Numbered from the stretch's first letter, positions 42,059 through 52,250 are shown. The stretch: DNA of 64,000 bases from Clostridia bacterium (GCA_045656645.1 JAZORN010000094.1:8522-72521); one strand, 5' to 3'. Notes: generated by a model not told the origin, from the sequence alone. A program made the numbers and translations.

Positions 42059-42234
42059 AGAAACCTCCAAATTCAAACAAAAAAGGAAATAATAATACAA
42101 AAAATTAGTTTTCAGTTAAATAATACCAGACAATAGTGTGTTTGTAAAGAAATTTTAAAAATAATGCTTTAAAATTGAGGGATTTTGTGGTAAAATAGCA
42201 AATAGTTATCAGCTTTGTTAAGGAGGAAAGATAA

Positions 42235-43593
42235 ATGAATAATGAAAGCAGAAGTAGCTTTACAGGTAAATTGGGTTTTGTGCTTGCTGCGGCAGGCTCT
42301 GCAGTAGGCTTGGGTAATATATGGAGATTTCCGTATCTTGCCGCAAAATACGGTGGCGGAATATTCCTTTTGGTGTATGTTCTTTTAGCTCTGACTTTCG
42401 GTTTTGCCCTTATGACGGCAGAGATTGCAATAGGCAGAAAAACGGGACTTAGTGCAATCGGTGCATTCCGTGTGCTTAATAAAAAGTACACGATTATCGG
42501 ATATCTTGCGTCAATTGTACCGATTATAATTTTGCCATATTATTCCGTTATAGGCGGATGGGTTATGAAATATATGTGGGCTTTTATGAGTGGAAATGTT
42601 GCTGCTACTGCAAATGATGCTTATTTTGGAGGCTTTATTACTCATCCTACAGAGCCAATTTGGTGGTTTCTTCTCTTTGTGGGAATAACTGCAGTTGTTG
42701 TACTGTGCGGCGTTGAAAAGGGTGTTGAAAAAGTAAGTAAGATAATGATGCCCGTCCTTGTAGTTTTATCAATGTTTATAGCGATATATTCAATAACTGC
42801 CCCCGGTGCTTTTGATGGAGTTCTTTACTACATACTGCCTGACTTTGGCAAGTTTTCAGCAACAACGGTGCTTGCGGCAATGGGTCAGCTTTTCTATTCA
42901 ATGTCGCTGGCAATGGGTATAATGATTACCTATGGCTCATATATGAAAAAGGATGTTAACCTTGAGTCCTCGGTTAAACAGATTGAGCTTTTTGATACGG
43001 GAATTGCATTCTTAGCAGGTCTTATGATTATTCCCGCAGTGTTTGCATTCTCGGGTGGAAGCCCTGAGGCTCTTGGCAAGGGTCCGAGCCTTATGTTCGT
43101 AACTCTTCCGAAGGTTTTTGAGAGTATGACGGGCGGTATGTTTGTTGGTATTGCATTCTTTGTGCTCGTTCTTTTTGCGGCACTTACATCCTCAATATCT
43201 CTTATGGAAACTGTAGTATCAATTGTATGCGATAAGTTTAAAATGGGAAGAAAGCTTTCATGCCTGATAGTTTTTGCAGGAGTGATACTTCTCGGCTTGC
43301 CGTCGACACTGGGATACAGTATATGGAGCGAGGTAAAGATAATAGGTATGCAGTTCCTCGATTTCTTTGATTTTATCAGTAACAGTGTAATAATGCCGAT
43401 AGTTGCATTAGCTACTTGTATATTTATAGGATATGTATTAAAGCCAAAGGCTCTTATTGACGAGGTTGAGTCATCAGCACTGTTTAAGAGAAAGAAGCTT
43501 TTCGAGGTTGTTATTAAGTATCTGGCACCGATTTGTATTGTTCTTATCCTTGTTTCATCAATTCTTGATGCGTTTGGCATATTTAAAATTTGA
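42235..43593 (+). CDS. Sodium-dependent transporter, neurotransmitter:sodium symporter (SNF) family
   Basis: GNIWRFPYLAAKYGGG signature. About 12 TM segments. 452 aa. Confidence 0.85.
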   Translation: MNNESRSSFTGKLGFVLAAAGSAVGLGNIWRFPYLAAKYGGGIFLLVYVLLALTFGFALMTAEIAIGRKTGLSAIGAFRVLNKKYTIIGYLASIVPIIILPYYSVIGGWVMKYMWAFMSGNVAATANDAYFGGFITHPTEPIWWFLLFVGITAVVVLCGVEKGVEKVSKIMMPVLVVLSMFIAIYSITAPGAFDGVLYYILPDFGKFSATTVLAAMGQLFYSMSLAMGIMITYGSYMKKDVNLESSVKQIELFDTGIAFLAGLMIIPAVFAFSGGSPEALGKGPSLMFVTLPKVFESMTGGMFVGIAFFVLVLFAALTSSISLMETVVSIVCDKFKMGRKLSCLIVFAGVILLGLPSTLGYSIWSEVKIIGMQFLDFFDFISNSVIMPIVALATCIFIGYVLKPKALIDEVESSALFKRKKLFEVVIKYLAPICIVLILVSSILDAFGIFKI

Positions 43594-43597
43594 TATA

Positions 43598-43636
43598 GAA
43601 AAAGAAGCTTGCGGATTTTCCGCAAGCTTCTTTTTC
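43598..43636. terminator. Bidirectional rho-independent terminator (GAAGCTTGCGG-atttt-CCGCAAGCTTC, flanked by A and T runs)
   Basis: Perfect 11-bp stem flanked by AAAAA and TTTTT, between convergent genes. Confidence 0.8.
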
Positions 43637-43793
43637 TATTTTATAATATAGGAAATTGCGCGCAGCGTGCGCAATTTTGCGTATTTCAACAAAGTTTACC
43701 TTTAAAAAAGGTGAGCGTAGCGAACATATAGTTGACGAAGTCAACTTTGTTCCTTGGAGAAAAAAGGAGATTGTTATAGCAGAAAATATCATA

Positions 43794-44612
43794 TTAGTTT
43801 GCTGACCTGAATTCCGCTCTGTAGGAGGATGGTGTAACATTGCAATGTTTCCTGAACATTCTCGTAAAATATGACGTGTCGTTTATCCCAAGTTGTTTTG
43901 CAATATCATCAATTGACATTTCAGTTCCCGAGAGAAGTCCCATTGCCTTATAAACCTTCATTCGATTAAAATAGGCAAGGGGTGAAATACCAAAGCTTTT
44001 GCCAAAGCGTTTTATAAAATATGTTGGCTGCATATACGCAAGGGAAGCAAGCTCCTCAAGCTTTATGTTTCGTCCTATATTTTCTGACATATATTCAAGA
44101 ACTGGTCGAAATACCTCTTTTTCCTGCGTGTGTTGTTTTGCCCGTTCACATGCATAAATATTTATAATGCCTAAAAGGTTTGCACACCAGGCAACGTCAT
44201 AAAGCGGATTTTTAAACATTTCCTTTCGATGTGAATTTTCGAAAAGAGCAGACATTTCCTCTTTGTTTTCAATATCAACTACATAATCACCCTCTGTAAG
44301 ACCTAAAATTTTCATAAGAGAAGTTCCTTTAGACGTTGCAGAAAACGCCATTTCATACATGGTAAATCTTTCCGATGCGTGTGTGTATGCCCTGACTTTG
44401 CCTTTAGGAAGGTACGCAAGCTGCCCCGGACGTACAATATAGCTCTGGTTATCAATGCGAAGAAAACATTCCCCCTCAATAACCCAGAAAAAGAGGTCTC
44501 TTTTTCCTATATGTCCTACGCTGTCACCCTTCCATACAATGGGCGGAACGTACAGGTAAAGTGTTTCGGGCTTTAGAGTAAGCTCCGTTAGTGTGATGAA
44601 TTCTTTGTCCAT
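43794..44612 (-). CDS. AraC family transcriptional regulator
   Basis: C-terminal HTH_AraC (DIAKQLGINDTSYFTRMFRKHCNVTPSSYR). Transcribed divergently from nagA. Confidence 0.75.
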   Translation of the reverse strand: MDKEFITLTELTLKPETLYLYVPPIVWKGDSVGHIGKRDLFFWVIEGECFLRIDNQSYIVRPGQLAYLPKGKVRAYTHASERFTMYEMAFSATSKGTSLMKILGLTEGDYVVDIENKEEMSALFENSHRKEMFKNPLYDVAWCANLLGIINIYACERAKQHTQEKEVFRPVLEYMSENIGRNIKLEELASLAYMQPTYFIKRFGKSFGISPLAYFNRMKVYKAMGLLSGTEMSIDDIAKQLGINDTSYFTRMFRKHCNVTPSSYRAEFRSAN

Positions 44613-44785
44613 ACAATTCTCTCCAATTTTATACTGCTTATCATAAAAAAGTCCTGATTTATGAATAAAAATAACTTATTTAGATTTTGTAAAAGTATAA
44701 TATTATTCTATAAAACACAATTTTATTCATTTACAAATTAAGAATAACACAATATAATAAACTTGTCAATTAATAAAAGGCAGAA

Positions 44786-45970
44786 ATGAGGTGCATACGT
44801 TTGGTTACAAGAATTAAAAATGCAGCGTTTATATGCGACAGTATTGTTCGTAATAAACATCTCTATTTTGAAGACGGTGTTATAACAGCATTTACCGAAA
44901 AGGAACTCCCGTTTGATAATGAGATAGATGCGCAGGGGTTATATGTTTCTGCGGGATTTATCGATATACATACTCACGGTGCGGGAAACTGCGATTTTGC
45001 AGACGGTGAAAAAGAGGATGTTGTTAAGGCGGCATATACACACGCCAAATATGGAACAACTTCAATTTATCCTACCTGTACATCATCTTCAACAAAGGAT
45101 ATTATTCGTTTTATTGAAAACGTCAGGGATGTTATGCACGATAATGCACCTGGAAAACCCCATATTGCAGGCTCGCATCTTGAAGGTCCGTATTTTGCAG
45201 ATGCACAAAGGGGTGCGCAAAATCCTGAATATATCAAAGCCCCCTGCAAAAGCGAATATGAGGAATTTATAGAAAAAGGGCAGGGGACAGTAAAAAGAAT
45301 TAGTTTTGCCCCCGAACTTTTGGGCAGTGAAGAGCTTTGTGATTATTTAAAAGAAAAGAATATCGTGGCAGCATTCGGACATACTGATGCAATTTATGAA
45401 GAAATACTTCCTGCTATAAAAAAGGGGTGCACTCTTGCAACACATCTTTATTCAGGAATGAATATGGTTACAAGGCGTAACTGTTTCAGAAAATTAGGTG
45501 CAGTTGAAACGGCACTTCTTGAAGATGATGTTACTGTTGAAGTTATAGCTGACGGGAAGCATCTTCCGTCCGAACTTCTTAAATTTATATACAAAATAAA
45601 GGGCAGCGACAAAATTTGTCTCGTTACAGACTCTATGCGAGGTGCAGGAATGGGAGAGGGTAAGTCGCTCCTTGGTCCAAAGAATGACGGAATGGATTGT
45701 GTGATAAAGGATGGTGTTGCTTTCCTTACTGATATGACAGCCTTTGCAGGAAGTGTGGCAACTGCAGACCGTCTTGTAAGGGTTATGTATAAGGATGTAA
45801 AAATTCCGCTTTGTGAATGTGTAAAAATGATAACCAAAACCCCTGCACGCACTATGGGGCTTACGGACAGAGGCATTATTAAAGAGGGCTATATTGCAGA
45901 CCTTGTTTTCTTTGATGATGATATTAATATTAAAAAAGTAATTATAAATGGAGAAGAATTAAAAAACTGA
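44786..45970 (+). CDS. nagA: N-acetylglucosamine-6-phosphate deacetylase
   Basis: Amidohydrolase metal ligands (DIHTHG). 394 aa. Followed by nagB. Confidence 0.8.
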   Translation: MRCIRLVTRIKNAAFICDSIVRNKHLYFEDGVITAFTEKELPFDNEIDAQGLYVSAGFIDIHTHGAGNCDFADGEKEDVVKAAYTHAKYGTTSIYPTCTSSSTKDIIRFIENVRDVMHDNAPGKPHIAGSHLEGPYFADAQRGAQNPEYIKAPCKSEYEEFIEKGQGTVKRISFAPELLGSEELCDYLKEKNIVAAFGHTDAIYEEILPAIKKGCTLATHLYSGMNMVTRRNCFRKLGAVETALLEDDVTVEVIADGKHLPSELLKFIYKIKGSDKICLVTDSMRGAGMGEGKSLLGPKNDGMDCVIKDGVAFLTDMTAFAGSVATADRLVRVMYKDVKIPLCECVKMITKTPARTMGLTDRGIIKEGYIADLVFFDDDINIKKVIINGEELKN

Positions 45971-45983
45971 AAGGATGAATAAA

Positions 45984-46715
45984 ATGGAAATCAGAATTTG
46001 TAAAAACAGCGAGGAGCTTGGTAAAAGCGCCGCAAAACATGTTGCAGAGGTTCTCAAAAACTGCATAGCTGAAAAAGGAAGTGCAAGAATCGTACTTTCA
46101 ACAGGCGCATCTCAGTTTGATACAATCAAGGCACTTGTAGAAGAAAAGGGTATTAAGTGGGATTGTGTTGAAATGTTCCACCTTGACGAGTACGTTGACC
46201 TTCCCATCACACACGGTGCAAGCTTCAGAAAATATCTTCAGGAGCGTTTTGTTGACAAGGTAGGTGCTCTTAAAGCCGTTCATTTTGTAGACGGAACAAA
46301 GGAATGCATTTCAAAGCTTACAGAAGAAATCAGAAAAGAACCTATTGATATTGGTCTTATCGGTATTGGCGAAAATGGACACATTGCATTTAATGACCCG
46401 CCGGCAGATTTTGACACAAAGGAAGCATATATCATTGTAAACCTTGACGAGCGTTGCAAAAAGCAGCAGATGGGAGAGGGTTGGTTTGCAACAATTGACG
46501 ATGTTCCTAAGCAGGCAGTATCTATGACAACATATCAGATTATGCAGTGTAAGAGAATTGTTTCCTGCGTACCCTACGCAGTTAAGGCGGAAGCCGTTGA
46601 AAATACAATCAAGGCAGATAAAACAACAAATATGGTTCCCGCAACACTTCTTAAGGAGCATAATGATTTTATTCTTTATCTTGATGAAGACAGCGCAGCA
46701 GGAATACTTAAATAA
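45984..46715 (+). CDS. nagB: Glucosamine-6-phosphate deaminase
   Basis: Short-form NagB of about 243 aa (MEIRICKNSEELG...). Start at ATG 45984. Confidence 0.8.
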   Translation: MEIRICKNSEELGKSAAKHVAEVLKNCIAEKGSARIVLSTGASQFDTIKALVEEKGIKWDCVEMFHLDEYVDLPITHGASFRKYLQERFVDKVGALKAVHFVDGTKECISKLTEEIRKEPIDIGLIGIGENGHIAFNDPPADFDTKEAYIIVNLDERCKKQQMGEGWFATIDDVPKQAVSMTTYQIMQCKRIVSCVPYAVKAEAVENTIKADKTTNMVPATLLKEHNDFILYLDEDSAAGILK

Positions 46716-46732
46716 AATTTTTGTTCATCGTA

Positions 46733-46771
46733 AAAAACAGATACGAACCAAAGAGTTCGTATCTGTTTTTT
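46733..46771 (+). terminator. Rho-independent terminator of nagB (AAAAACAGATACGAAC-caaaga-GTTCGTATCTGTTTTTT)
   Basis: 16-bp perfect stem followed by a T-run. Confidence 0.8.
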
Positions 46772-46773
46772 AG

Positions 46774-46992
46774 TGGTGGAGGCGAGGGGAGACGGATGCT
46801 CAGCATCCTACCTGCTTGACGACCGAAAGCAAAGCTTTCGGTACCCGTCTGCGCACCAACTTCGCTGAAAATGATTATCAATCATTTTCTTACGCTCGTT
46901 GCCCTCATAGGGTTCAACTCCCTAATAAAGCAGTAAAAAAGGAACATACCTTGTGGTACATTCCTTTTTTATTATGGTGGAGGCGAGGGGAG
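46774..46992. repeat. Exact 18-bp direct repeat TGGTGGAGGCGAGGGGAG (46774-46791 and 46975-46992); the second copy is the 3' end of ssrA
   Basis: The two copies are 201 bp apart. Three perfect hairpins (46794-46808, 46823-46841, 46867-46889) and a T-arm-like GGGTTCAACTCCC lie between them. Confidence 0.6.
46935..46970 (-). terminator. Terminator hairpin of ssrA (minus strand: GGAAUGUACC-acaa-GGUAUGUUCC followed by UUUUUU)
   Basis: 10-bp stem with two G-U pairs, immediately 3' of the tmRNA CCA end. Confidence 0.6.
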
Positions 46993-47321
46993 TTGAACCC
47001 CTGTCCGAAAACATATTCACACAGGCATCTCCGAGCGCAGTCACTTATTTAACATTCCCTCCGCCGCAAGGCAAGTGACAGCCCATACGGTTTTAGTAGC
47101 TTCATTTGTCATGCATAGCGCAAAGCTTAACTATGTCACGTTCACCACTGCGTGACGCTCTTATCCGAGCCGTGGTCCTCCCGGTAAGAACGGCCGCCTA
47201 ATTAGGCAGCGTAAGCTAAATTATTGTTAGCGTTTAAATTTAAAATTCGGGATTTTAACGCAGTTCCCGCTGCGGCTCGCTTCCCATGCTTCAACATCCC
47301 CGTCGAAGCCGGTACGCCCCC
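46975..47321 (-). ncRNA. ssrA: tmRNA (transfer-messenger RNA, SsrA)
   Basis: The minus strand reads 5'-GGGGGCGUACCGGCUUCGACGGGGAU...GGACAGGGGUUCAACUCCCCUCGCCUCCACCA-3'. It has a tRNA-like acceptor and T-arm. The internal ORF GCU AAC AAU AAU UUA GCU UAC GCU GCC UAA encodes the tag ANNNLAYAA. smpB lies immediately upstream. Confidence 0.9.
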
Positions 47322-47413
47322 ATATAATGATGCTACACCTTTGCAGCATCATATAGTATACATTAGGAAATATTAAATTGTCAACAGTTAATTACTGGTT
47401 TTGAGCCTTAAGC

Positions 47414-47881
47414 TTATTGATTTTGAGTCTTGAGCGTTCTTTCAATCATTCTTCCGGCATCTCTTTTTGCGGCATCATCACGCTTATCATAAAGTTTTTT
47501 ACCACGTGCTACCGCGATAGTCATTTTTACCCTTTGTCCTTTGAGATAAATATCGAGAGGGATAAGTGTAAGCCCTTTTTGCTTTACAGTACCCAAAAGC
47601 TTCATTATTTCACGTTTGTGCATTAAAAGCCTCTTTGGTCTTAACGGCTCTCTGTTAAAGATATTACCCTTTTCATACGGTGAAATATGCATACCGTGTA
47701 CAAACATTTCGCCCTTATCAATTTCGCAATAGCTTTCCTTGAGGTTAACCTTTCCCATACGGATTGATTTAACCTCTGTTCCAAAAAGCTCAATGCCTGC
47801 TTCGTACTTTTCTTCTATGAAGAACTCGTGTGTTGCGCTTCTGTTTTGAGCGAGAAGCTTTCTCTTTTCGTTTTCTGCCAT
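47414..47881 (-). CDS. smpB: SsrA-binding protein SmpB
   Basis: About 155 aa. Conserved [15 protein letters not shown] block near the N-terminus. Its start overlaps the rnr 3' end by roughly 90 nt. Confidence 0.85.
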   Translation of the reverse strand: MAENEKRKLLAQNRSATHEFFIEEKYEAGIELFGTEVKSIRMGKVNLKESYCEIDKGEMFVHGMHISPYEKGNIFNREPLRPKRLLMHKREIMKLLGTVKQKGLTLIPLDIYLKGQRVKMTIAVARGKKLYDKRDDAAKRDAGRMIERTLKTQNQ

Positions 47882-49961
47882 TATCAGTTCCCCCTTCAAG
47901 GAGTAAAAAATCTATTCTGCGTGAAACCTTGCTTGCAGAGGCAAGCTTTACTTTGACAACATCACCTATGGTAAAGGTGTGTCCTGTGCGTTCACCGTAA
48001 AGTGACAAGGTTTTTTCATCAAAAACATAATAATCATCACGAAGTGTTTCAAGCCTTACAAGACCTTCAACAGTGTTGGGAAGCATCACAAAGAAACCAA
48101 AACCCGTTACCGATGAGATGACACCCTCAAATTCCTGACCGATAAAGCTTTCCATATATTCAGCCTTTTTGATGTCAAGTGTATCCCGCTCACACATTGA
48201 GGCGGCGTTTTCTCTTTCACTGCACTGCACTGATGCCTCGTTAACAAAGGCACTAAGATACGATTTTGTTTTTTTGTCATTTTCTATTGATGCCTTTAAT
48301 GCTCTGTGACAAACAAGGTCAGGATAGCGGCGTATAGGGGAGGTGAAGTGACAATAATTATCAAGCATCAATCCAAAATGACCGTCGTTTTTACTGTCAT
48401 ACTTAGCCTTTGCCATACTTCTGAGTAACATTGTTGAAAATGCCGCTTCCTGCGGAGTATCCGAAACCTCTTTCATAAGTGCCTGTAGGCTTCTGCAATG
48501 CTCATAACCTTTATTATATATGAAGTTGAGTGTGTTTTCAAGCTTTTCTTTATTCGGTTCATCGTGTACTCTGTAAATTGCGCCAATATTATTCTCCCAC
48601 AAATACTTGGCAACAGCACTGTTTGCTGCAACCATAAATTCCTCAATTATTTTATTTGCAAAGGAATTTTCACGCTTTACAATATCTATTGTTTTTCCGT
48701 CCTTGTCAAAAACCGCCTTTGCCTCGGGAATGTTAAAATCAATAGTACCACGCTCACTTGTTTTTTGTGTAAGAAGCAAATAAAGCTCATACATAGCATC
48801 AAGCACAGGGCGGAGATGCGAATACTTTTCACACAATAGGGGAGGTTTTTTACTTATCAAAAGGCGCACGTTTTCATAAGTCATTCGTGCCGTACTCTTT
48901 ATATAAGATTTATGAAAAGTTGTTTTTATAACATTACCATTAGTGTCATAATGAAGAAATACTGACATAGTAAGTCTTAATACACCCTCATTAAGTGAGC
49001 ATATTCCGTTTGAAAGCCTTACGGGTAGCATAGGTATTACTCTGTCTGCAAGATAAACGCTTGTACCTCTTGCATAAGCTTCCTTATCAAGCGGAGAATT
49101 TGGTTTTACATAGTGACTTACATCGGCAATATGAACGCCTAAGATATAACCGTTTTCAGTCTTTTCCACAGATATTGCATCGTCTATATCCTTTGTATCC
49201 TCTCCGTCAATTGTAATTATGGTTTCAGACGTAAGGTTAAGTCTGCCTGATAAATCTTCATCCTCTATTTTATCTACTCTCTGCGCCTCCTGGATCACAT
49301 CAGACGGAAATTCGAGCGAAAAGTCATAACCTTTTATTACAGACAAAACGTCAACACCAAAATCATACGGAAAGCCAAGAATTTCTGTAATACGGCAACA
49401 AAGGGAAGTGGTAGGTGTTTCGTATTCAATAATTTTTGCAACAACCTTTTGTCCGTTAAGCGCACCGTTTATATCACGGGATGAAACGAAAATTTCATCA
49501 GGCAGTTTATCGTTATCAGGTGTAATTATTCCATATCCACGCTCTTGTGTAAAAACACCTACAATTGTACTGTTTGCACGTGATAAAATACTGATAATTC
49601 TTCCTTCGCGGTTTTTATCTGCAGATGATTTTTTTTCAGTTTTTACAAGCACAGTGTCGCCGTTTAATGCACCGTTTACGTATTCTGATGCTATATGAAT
49701 GTCGCCTTTATCATCTGACACAAAGCCAAAACCTTTTGTAGTTGAACGAAAAATTGCTTTTACAAGTCCCATAGACTTTGCGCTGAAGCATCGCTTTTTC
49801 CTGCCGACAATTATTTCGCCCTCTTTTTCAAGCTCGTCTATAATATTATTAAACTCATCAATATCAGACGCAGGAACACATAAAAGCACTGCTATATTTT
49901 CCTTAGTCATAGGAGCATATTCGCTACTGTTTATAAAATCACATATTTTTTGTTTACGCAA
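47790..49961 (-). CDS. rnr: Ribonuclease R
   Basis: 723 aa. RNB catalytic domain, cold-shock and S1 domains, and a basic Lys/Arg-rich C-terminal tail. TTG start after RBS AAGGTGA. Confidence 0.85.
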   Translation of the reverse strand: MRKQKICDFINSSEYAPMTKENIAVLLCVPASDIDEFNNIIDELEKEGEIIVGRKKRCFSAKSMGLVKAIFRSTTKGFGFVSDDKGDIHIASEYVNGALNGDTVLVKTEKKSSADKNREGRIISILSRANSTIVGVFTQERGYGIITPDNDKLPDEIFVSSRDINGALNGQKVVAKIIEYETPTTSLCCRITEILGFPYDFGVDVLSVIKGYDFSLEFPSDVIQEAQRVDKIEDEDLSGRLNLTSETIITIDGEDTKDIDDAISVEKTENGYILGVHIADVSHYVKPNSPLDKEAYARGTSVYLADRVIPMLPVRLSNGICSLNEGVLRLTMSVFLHYDTNGNVIKTTFHKSYIKSTARMTYENVRLLISKKPPLLCEKYSHLRPVLDAMYELYLLLTQKTSERGTIDFNIPEAKAVFDKDGKTIDIVKRENSFANKIIEEFMVAANSAVAKYLWENNIGAIYRVHDEPNKEKLENTLNFIYNKGYEHCRSLQALMKEVSDTPQEAAFSTMLLRSMAKAKYDSKNDGHFGLMLDNYCHFTSPIRRYPDLVCHRALKASIENDKKTKSYLSAFVNEASVQCSERENAASMCERDTLDIKKAEYMESFIGQEFEGVISSVTGFGFFVMLPNTVEGLVRLETLRDDYYVFDEKTLSLYGERTGHTFTIGDVVKVKLASASKVSRRIDFLLLEGGTDNGRKRKEKASRSKQKRNTRVLHRRKVRSRH

Positions 49962-49980
49962 AAAATCACCTTTTATCTAA

Positions 49981-50014
49981 AAAAATAAAGGTGCTTTCGT
50001 TGAAAGCACCTTAG
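49981..50014. terminator. Bidirectional hairpin terminator (AAAGGTGCTTTC-gtt-GAAAGCACCTT)
   Basis: Perfect 11-bp stem between secG and rnr, with an A-run on the 5' side. Confidence 0.6.
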
Positions 50015-50017
50015 CAG

Positions 50018-50257
50018 TTATTTAAGCAAATCAAGTGAAAGCACAACTGAAAGAATGATGAACACAATTGCAAAAACTGTTGTCAATTTTTCAAGTAAGC
50101 CCTCACGAGTATTAGCCTTGTTCTTTGAGAAGAATGTCTCGCCGGAGGTGCCCATTACCGAGCTTGCCTCTCTGGGGTCCTTACCCTTCTGGAACAAAAC
50201 AACTACTGTAAGTATAAGTGCTACTACGATATAAACAATTGTAAATGCCAGCTTCAT
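50018..50257 (-). CDS. secG: Preprotein translocase subunit SecG
   Basis: 79 aa. Two TM helices and a Gly-rich loop. Sits upstream of rnr as is typical. Confidence 0.7.
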   Translation of the reverse strand: MKLAFTIVYIVVALILTVVVLFQKGKDPREASSVMGTSGETFFSKNKANTREGLLEKLTTVFAIVFIILSVVLSLDLLK

Positions 50258-50352
50258 TTTCTACACCTCCGTAAATTTCCGATTGTCAATTACTATTACT
50301 TTAGCATAAGATGAAGACAATTGCAACCTTTTTTTTGAATTATGCCCAAATT

Positions 50353-50706
50353 TTATTTAGCTTTTGGTTTTGATATGAGTGCAGCAAGGAATGCAAATAC
50401 AACTGCGGCCGCAATTCCGCCTGCCGTTGCAGTAAGTCCGCCTGTAAATATTCCGATAATACCATTCTCAGATATGGCTTTTTTTACACCTTCAAAAAGG
50501 CTGTATCCAAATCCCGTAAGCGGAACTGTTGCACCTGCACCTGCAAATTCTACAAGCTTTCCGTAAATTCCAAGCAGTGACAGTAAAACGCCCGTACACA
50601 CATAACCCGTCAAAAGTTTCGCCGCAGTAAGAGATGTTCTGTCAATAAAAATCTGACCTATACCGCAAATTGTTCCTCCTACTAAAAATGCCTTTATATA
50701 ATCCAT
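50353..50706 (-). CDS. spoVAEB: Stage V sporulation protein AE (SpoVAEB, SpoVAC/AEB family)
   Basis: 117 aa, highly similar to SpoVAEB (MDYIKAFLVGGTICGIGQ...DFAGAGATVPLTGFG...IFTGG). Confidence 0.75.
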   Translation of the reverse strand: MDYIKAFLVGGTICGIGQIFIDRTSLTAAKLLTGYVCTGVLLSLLGIYGKLVEFAGAGATVPLTGFGYSLFEGVKKAISENGIIGIFTGGLTATAGGIAAAVVFAFLAALISKPKAK

Positions 50707-50923
50707 AATAACAAACTCCTTTTTAAGAAAAACTATTATTGTTATTATGCTAAAGCGATAAGAAAATATTCATATGTATATGATTGCCAAAAAATTCTTT
50801 TTTTAAAAAATAATTTGAACTTATTATATTTAGATATTTACAAAATACAACTATATGTGGTAGAATAAGTTAGATACTTATAAAATAGATACATATGAAT
50901 TTCAGAAAGGCAGTGACATAATA

Positions 50924-51634
50924 ATGCAGAAAAAATATAAAAGAGTACTTATTAAACTTAGCGGCGAGGCGCTTGCAGGAGAGACAGGATTTGGTCTTGA
51001 CGAGAAAACACTTGACAGTATTGCCAAAACACTTAAGGAATGTGTTGATATGGGAGTGGAGATTGCTGTCGTAGTTGGCGGCGGAAACTTCTGGAGAGGA
51101 AGAACAGGGGAGAATATGGAAAGAACAAGGGCAGACCATATGGGAATGCTTGCAACTGTAATAAACTCTCTTGCGCTTTGTGACGCATTTGAACGTAACG
51201 GTATTAACACACGTGTGCAAACCGCAATTGAAATGAAGCAGATTGCAGAAACATACGTAAGAGGCAGAGCGGTACGTCACCTTGAAAAGGGTAGAGTTGT
51301 TATCTTCGGATGCGGAACGGGAAATCCGTTTTTCTCAACAGATACGACTGCAGCACTCCGTGCGGCTGAAATTGATGCCGATGCAATTCTTCTTGCAAAG
51401 AAGGTTGACGGTGTTTATGACAGTGACCCTGCAAAGAACCCGGATGCGGTTAAATTTGACAAGATAACATATATTGATGTTCTTAACAAGGGACTTGGTG
51501 TTATGGATACAACAGCAACTTCTCTTTGTATGGATAACAAAATGCCTATCCGTGTATTCGGTCTTTCAGAGCCCGAAAATATTAAAAGAGTTCTTTTAGG
51601 AGAAGAGATAGGCACACTTGTGTATGCACAGTAA
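50924..51634 (+). CDS. pyrH: UMP kinase
   Basis: [12 protein letters not shown]-terminus. 236 aa. Confidence 0.9.
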   Translation: MQKKYKRVLIKLSGEALAGETGFGLDEKTLDSIAKTLKECVDMGVEIAVVVGGGNFWRGRTGENMERTRADHMGMLATVINSLALCDAFERNGINTRVQTAIEMKQIAETYVRGRAVRHLEKGRVVIFGCGTGNPFFSTDTTAALRAAEIDADAILLAKKVDGVYDSDPAKNPDAVKFDKITYIDVLNKGLGVMDTTATSLCMDNKMPIRVFGLSEPENIKRVLLGEEIGTLVYAQ

Positions 51635-51695
51635 GATTATAAATTTAAAATTTTAATATATTATTGCCGAGTTTGTCGGCGGATTGGAGATTAAT

Positions 51696-52250
51696 ATGAG
51701 AAACGATTATCCTGAAATTACAGAAAAAATTAATAAGGCAGTTAACTTTTACATTGATGACCTTGGTTCTATCCGTGCAGGAAGAGCAAGTACAACTGTA
51801 CTTAATAAGATAAGTGTTGACTATTACGGTACAATGACCCCTGTTTCACAGGTTGCCGCTGTTTCAACACCCGATGCACGCACAATAGCAATTCAGCCGT
51901 GGGATGCAACTCTTATAAAAGAGATAGAAAAGGCAATCCTTGCATCAGAGCTTGGTATTAACCCTCAAAATGACGGTAAGGTTATTCGTCTTTCATTCCC
52001 TCAGCTTACAGAGGACCGCAGAAAAGAACTTACAAAGACAGTTGCAAAAAAGAGCGAGGATTGTAAGGTTGTAGTTCGTGGTATCAGAAGAGATGAAATT
52101 GAAAAATACAAAGCAATGAAGAAAAAGAGCGAAATTACAGAGGATGACCTTAAGAATATCGAAAAGGATATTCAGGATATCATAGATGCAAGCATCAAAG
52201 AGATAGATGCAATTGCAGATAAGAAAAACAAAGAAATTATGGAAATATGA
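51696..52250 (+). CDS. frr: Ribosome recycling factor
   Basis: About 185 aa. Follows pyrH. IRAGRAS motif. Confidence 0.9.
   Translation: MRNDYPEITEKINKAVNFYIDDLGSIRAGRASTTVLNKISVDYYGTMTPVSQVAAVSTPDARTIAIQPWDATLIKEIEKAILASELGINPQNDGKVIRLSFPQLTEDRRKELTKTVAKKSEDCKVVVRGIRRDEIEKYKAMKKKSEITEDDLKNIEKDIQDIIDASIKEIDAIADKKNKEIMEI

Noticed and set aside
42930-43625. 231-aa minus-strand ORF inside the SNF transporter gene
   Set aside because: Antisense to a transporter with the canonical NSS signature.
43457-43840. Small ORFs (64 and 85 aa) whose translations contain KEACGFSASFFFY
   Set aside because: That peptide is just the translation of the bidirectional terminator palindrome. These are not genes.
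46816-47052. 78-aa plus-strand ORF across the att-like block and the tmRNA 3' end
   Set aside because: It overlaps the tmRNA gene and the hairpin block and has no RBS. It is an artefact of reading the structured RNA region as protein.
50342-50566. 74-aa plus-strand ORF and the 136-aa and 102-aa minus-strand ORFs near 50870-51280
   Set aside because: They are antisense to spoVAEB and pyrH respectively and are shadow ORFs.
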